A stretch of 64,000 nucleotides of DNA from Promethearchaeota archaeon (GTDB taxonomy: Archaea; Asgardarchaeota; Lokiarchaeia; Sigyniarchaeales; SOKP01). Position 1 is the stretch's first letter; the number at the start of each line of letters is the position of its first letter. Shown here one piece after another: positions 60,932 through 64,000 of the stretch. Under the pieces are notes generated by a model that made no database searches, had not been told where the DNA came from, and saw only the letters and a list, made by a program, of their open reading frames with translations. The translations under genes were made by a program, and so were the position numbers. The DNA is taken from the NCBI GenBank assembly GCA_016839705.1, contig JAEOTR010000030.1, forward strand, positions 39,084 to 103,083. Reading direction: 5' to 3'.

Positions 60932-61573
60932 TTAAGAAACCTCCATTAGCTTTTTTATTAATTTTACACCTTCCCATCCGTCTTTCGTCCACGCATCAGC
61001 GCCTACCTGTTTACATGATTCTTCAGATAAAATTCCCCCCCCTAAAATAATTTTCGCATTAATTCCTTCTCGTTTAAGCAGTGCTATAGTTTCTTTCATT
61101 TTAGAAATCGTGACGGTTAATAGCCCACTTATTCCAATAATGTCCGCATTTTCTTTCTTCGCAGCTTCTAAGAATCTTTCAGGAGAAACATCCACTCCTA
61201 AATCAATAACTTCAAATCCTTGACCTTGTAATAGTGCAATGACTAAACTTTTACCTATATCGTGTAAGTCACCTTCAGGAGTTCCAATTAAGACTTTAAC
61301 AGGTGTTTCGTGAGTTCCTTCTTTTAATTTTGGTTTAATCACATTCATGCAATCATTAATAGCATCCGCAGCTAACAGCATATCTCCGAGAAAATATTCT
61401 CCCTTTTCATATTTCAATCCAACATTTTCTGCTCCTCTTATTATAACTTCATTTAGTATTCGTTTGGGATCAACTTTAGCTTTTAGAGCTTTTTTAGTTA
61501 AGTTAATCGTATCTTCTGATTTTCCTTTTATAATTGTACTCCTTAATTTTTCCAAAAGATCGTTATCATTCAA
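60932..61573 (-). CDS. Corrinoid (B12-binding) methyl-carrier protein (MtaC/MttC-like)
   Basis: GDLHDIGK, DLGVDV, SGL and LGGG motifs. Confidence 0.93.
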   Translation of the reverse strand: MNDNDLLEKLRSTIIKGKSEDTINLTKKALKAKVDPKRILNEVIIRGAENVGLKYEKGEYFLGDMLLAADAINDCMNVIKPKLKEGTHETPVKVLIGTPEGDLHDIGKSLVIALLQGQGFEVIDLGVDVSPERFLEAAKKENADIIGISGLLTVTISKMKETIALLKREGINAKIILGGGILSEESCKQVGADAWTKDGWEGVKLIKKLMEVS

Positions 61574-61815
61574 AACTATTACACTACTGTTATTTCTAAA
61601 AATTCTACTATTAAGCGCTAATTAATATTCTTATTAAAACCATTTTTCAAATAAACTTTATTATTCCCAGAAATACTCTATAAACCACCCTTTAATTATA
61701 GACTTTAGTCGTTTATATCGAATTTAAATTAGAAATTTAAATATACTCATTCGAATATCCAAAAATAATGAAAAAATTTGTAAAAATAAAAGTAAATTAT
61801 CTGAGAAAAACTTCT

Positions 61816-62043
61816 TTATACTTTCTCAATTTTCAAGTAATAATTCTCGCCATCAACTTTAAATTCTAATATTTTATCACTATGTTTTTCTATGTACCGT
61901 TTTATATTTTCTCCCGCTTCTGCGAAATCTCCTGTAACTTCAATTATATCTCCACTTTTCATCTCAAGAAGTTGTCTTTTAGTTTTTGCTACTGGCATTG
62001 GGCATACTAGTCCAGAACAATCTAATTTACGTGAGGTTACCAT
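61816..62043 (-). CDS. tusA: TusA/SirA family sulfur carrier
   Basis: LDCSGLVCPMP motif. Confidence 0.9.
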   Translation of the reverse strand: MVTSRKLDCSGLVCPMPVAKTKRQLLEMKSGDIIEVTGDFAEAGENIKRYIEKHSDKILEFKVDGENYYLKIEKV

Positions 62044-62065
62044 TTTTTATCAATTCACGTTCCAT

Positions 62066-62425
62066 CTAGCTAAATAAGACTTTATCAGCTTCAACACACA
62101 TATCAACAAATCCATTCATAGTCGTTTTTTTAATACCTTCAATCAGTTCCTCTTCCGTCATACCCCGAGCTTTCATACATACACCACAAACTTTCACGGT
62201 TGCACCTTCGGAAATCACATCTTTCATCCATTTTTCGAGGTTATCATAAGTAGAGGGATCTTGATTCTTCTTCCCTACAAAAATTCCATCTTCAACTAAA
62301 AAAATATTGATTTTATGATCTTCCAATAGCGCGGTATAAGCAAACCTTAGCATTGTAAAGGGTCTTTCCTTTGTGTAAGGGCCATCTGAAATGATAACAG
62401 TAAAAATTTTGTTTTTATCGCTCAT
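62066..62425 (-). CDS. DsrE/DsrF family protein
   Basis: GPYTKER, FLVEDG and VCGVCMKARG motifs. Confidence 0.88.
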   Translation of the reverse strand: MSDKNKIFTVIISDGPYTKERPFTMLRFAYTALLEDHKINIFLVEDGIFVGKKNQDPSTYDNLEKWMKDVISEGATVKVCGVCMKARGMTEEELIEGIKKTTMNGFVDMCVEADKVLFS

Positions 62426-62463
62426 TTTTAGTTTCCCTATTTTTATATTAGTGTAATAAAAAG

Positions 62464-62536
62464 TCTATCTTTGATAGAATAAACAGTAAGAGATTTATTA
62501 ATTTTTTCGTAATGGTTTATCAAAAAAATCGATAAA
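62464..62536. promoter_or_regulatory. LysR-type operator sites in the divergent promoter
   Basis: TCTATC-TTT-GATAGA (62464-62478) and TTTATC-N9-GATAAA (62516-62536, matches T-N11-A). Confidence 0.6.
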
Positions 62537-62582
62537 TAAAAATAGATTAATGACTGTATATTAAATGATAATAATTAATTGA

Positions 62583-63530
62583 ATGAAATATAATTTGAAG
62601 GCGATTTATAGAGTGAATATTGAATATTTAAGAAATTTTATCCTTTTAACACAATATAAAAGTTTCTCGAAATTAGCACGAGAACTTCCACTTTCTCAGA
62701 GTACATTATCACATCAAATATCACAGTTAGAAAAAGATTTTGGTGGGGTTGTTTTGATTGATAGGTCAACAAAAAAATTTGAATTAACTAAAGCAGGAAC
62801 ATTATTACTTAACCACGCTAGGCAGATAATAGATTTATATGATAGATGTAAATTTGAAATTTCTAAATTTCAAGATCAAATGATTGAAGATATTGTCATA
62901 TCTGCATCTACAACTCCTGGTTCGCACATTTTACCACGATATATAGCAGAATTTCGAAGTAAAAACTCAAACGTAAACTTTAAAATAATAATTAATAATT
63001 CTCAGAAGTCTATTGAAAATTTGAAGAATGGAATGGCAGATTTCGCGGGAATTGGCAGTTTTATGAATTATAGTGAGAAAGAATTCGAATACATCATGAT
63101 TGGGGAAGATAAGTTAAAGTTTATATGTTCTCCTAATCATGAATTGATTAAAGATACTAATCTGGTGGAATTTGAAGATCTTCTCAAATTTCCTTTTATA
63201 TGGAGAGAAAAAGGCTCAGGAATGAGAGGAACCTTCGAACAACAATTTCCAGACTACAAAAAATTACAAATTGAGTTAGAAATAAATGACAACGATTCAA
63301 TTATTTCAACTGTAAGCGATTCTAATTATGTTAGCATAATGAGTGAAATCATGATTGACAAAGCAGAATCTGCAGGATTAATAAAATCATTGATAATTAA
63401 TGATTATCCTCTAATAGCTAAAAGACCTTTATACTTTGTTAGACTAAAAAATAAGGATTTAAGTAATTTAAAAGAGAAATTTTGGGATGAAATCGAATCA
63501 AAAGCGAAAAAAATAGGAGAAAATATTTAA
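62583..63530 (+). CDS. LysR-family regulator (CysL/selenium-associated type)
   Basis: SFSKLARELPLSQSTLSHQISQLE, ASTTPGSHILP and REKGSGMR motifs. Confidence 0.9.
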   Translation: MKYNLKAIYRVNIEYLRNFILLTQYKSFSKLARELPLSQSTLSHQISQLEKDFGGVVLIDRSTKKFELTKAGTLLLNHARQIIDLYDRCKFEISKFQDQMIEDIVISASTTPGSHILPRYIAEFRSKNSNVNFKIIINNSQKSIENLKNGMADFAGIGSFMNYSEKEFEYIMIGEDKLKFICSPNHELIKDTNLVEFEDLLKFPFIWREKGSGMRGTFEQQFPDYKKLQIELEINDNDSIISTVSDSNYVSIMSEIMIDKAESAGLIKSLIINDYPLIAKRPLYFVRLKNKDLSNLKEKFWDEIESKAKKIGENI

Positions 63531-64000
63531 AACTTAATATCATCTACCTTTTTCATGTGTCTAATTGCTTGAATAGAGTAAATTATACTCGTGATAATAG
63601 CATGAACACAAATTGAAAAAATTGCATATTCAAAATGACCTAAAATACCAAAAATTAAGATATGCAAAGTATAAATATTTCTTCTTCCATCAAATTTTCG
63701 AAAGATTTGATCAAATCGGCTACTATCAGCTAGAGTAATCCCCATTACTTCTTTATATTGCATAGAACAATGTCGATTAAAAGAATCCATTAGAAGTGTT
63801 ATAATTAAAACAATAATAACATATACAGAAACAATTATAAAATACGCTCCAAGCCCTATTCCCACATAAATCGATTGCTCATATAACTGATCAAATGAGT
63901 GTTCCATGTGCCCTGCTTTACTTTCTTTCATTCTCAAACGAGCGAGTTTACCATCTACACCATCTAAAATATTAATGAGGATTAATAAAATAAGACCGAT
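63527..64000 (-). CDS. CDP-alcohol phosphatidyltransferase family protein (5' end lies outside the window)
   Basis: Frame is open to the window edge; LDGVDGKLAR...GHMEHSFD motif. Confidence 0.85.
   Translation of the reverse strand: MGLILLILINILDGVDGKLARLRMKESKAGHMEHSFDQLYEQSIYVGIGLGAYFIIVSVYVIIVLIITLLMDSFNRHCSMQYKEVMGITLADSSRFDQIFRKFDGRRNIYTLHILIFGILGHFEYAIFSICVHAIITSIIYSIQAIRHMKKVDDIKF

Overview
AT-rich (roughly 30% GC by eye) archaeal chromosomal segment. The gene repertoire points to an Asgard archaeon, most likely Lokiarchaeia (inference): CDC48, PAN, archaeal TATA promoters, longin/roadblock/TPR proteins, an IPGF-type C-terminal sorting tail and many PAS histidine kinases. It holds about 55 genes and one tRNA-Pro(UGG). 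Functional groups are: a heat-shock operon (Hsp20-CDC48-ArsR-zincin); DAP lysine genes (dapA, dapB, dapF, lysA); C1/Wood-Ljungdahl genes (MtdB fusion, polyferredoxin, cdhD, corrinoid protein plus MT2); tandem deoxyhypusine-synthase paralogs facing pdaD; and a SET protein, an orphan m6A methyltransferase, and tusA-dsrE with LysR. The most unusual observations are: (1) an operon of a small protein, a methyltransferase/ATP-grasp ligase and a PAN paralog, with a divergent unannotated acidic Trp micropeptide; (2) an uncharacterised TraB/ChaN-like domain present both free and fused to MtdB, flanking lpdA; (3) repeated apparent ATA initiation codons; (4) a three-copy coiled-coil family interleaved with microproteins; (5) a MITE-like element and a candidate structured RNA. 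No CRISPR array, rRNA or transposase was seen.
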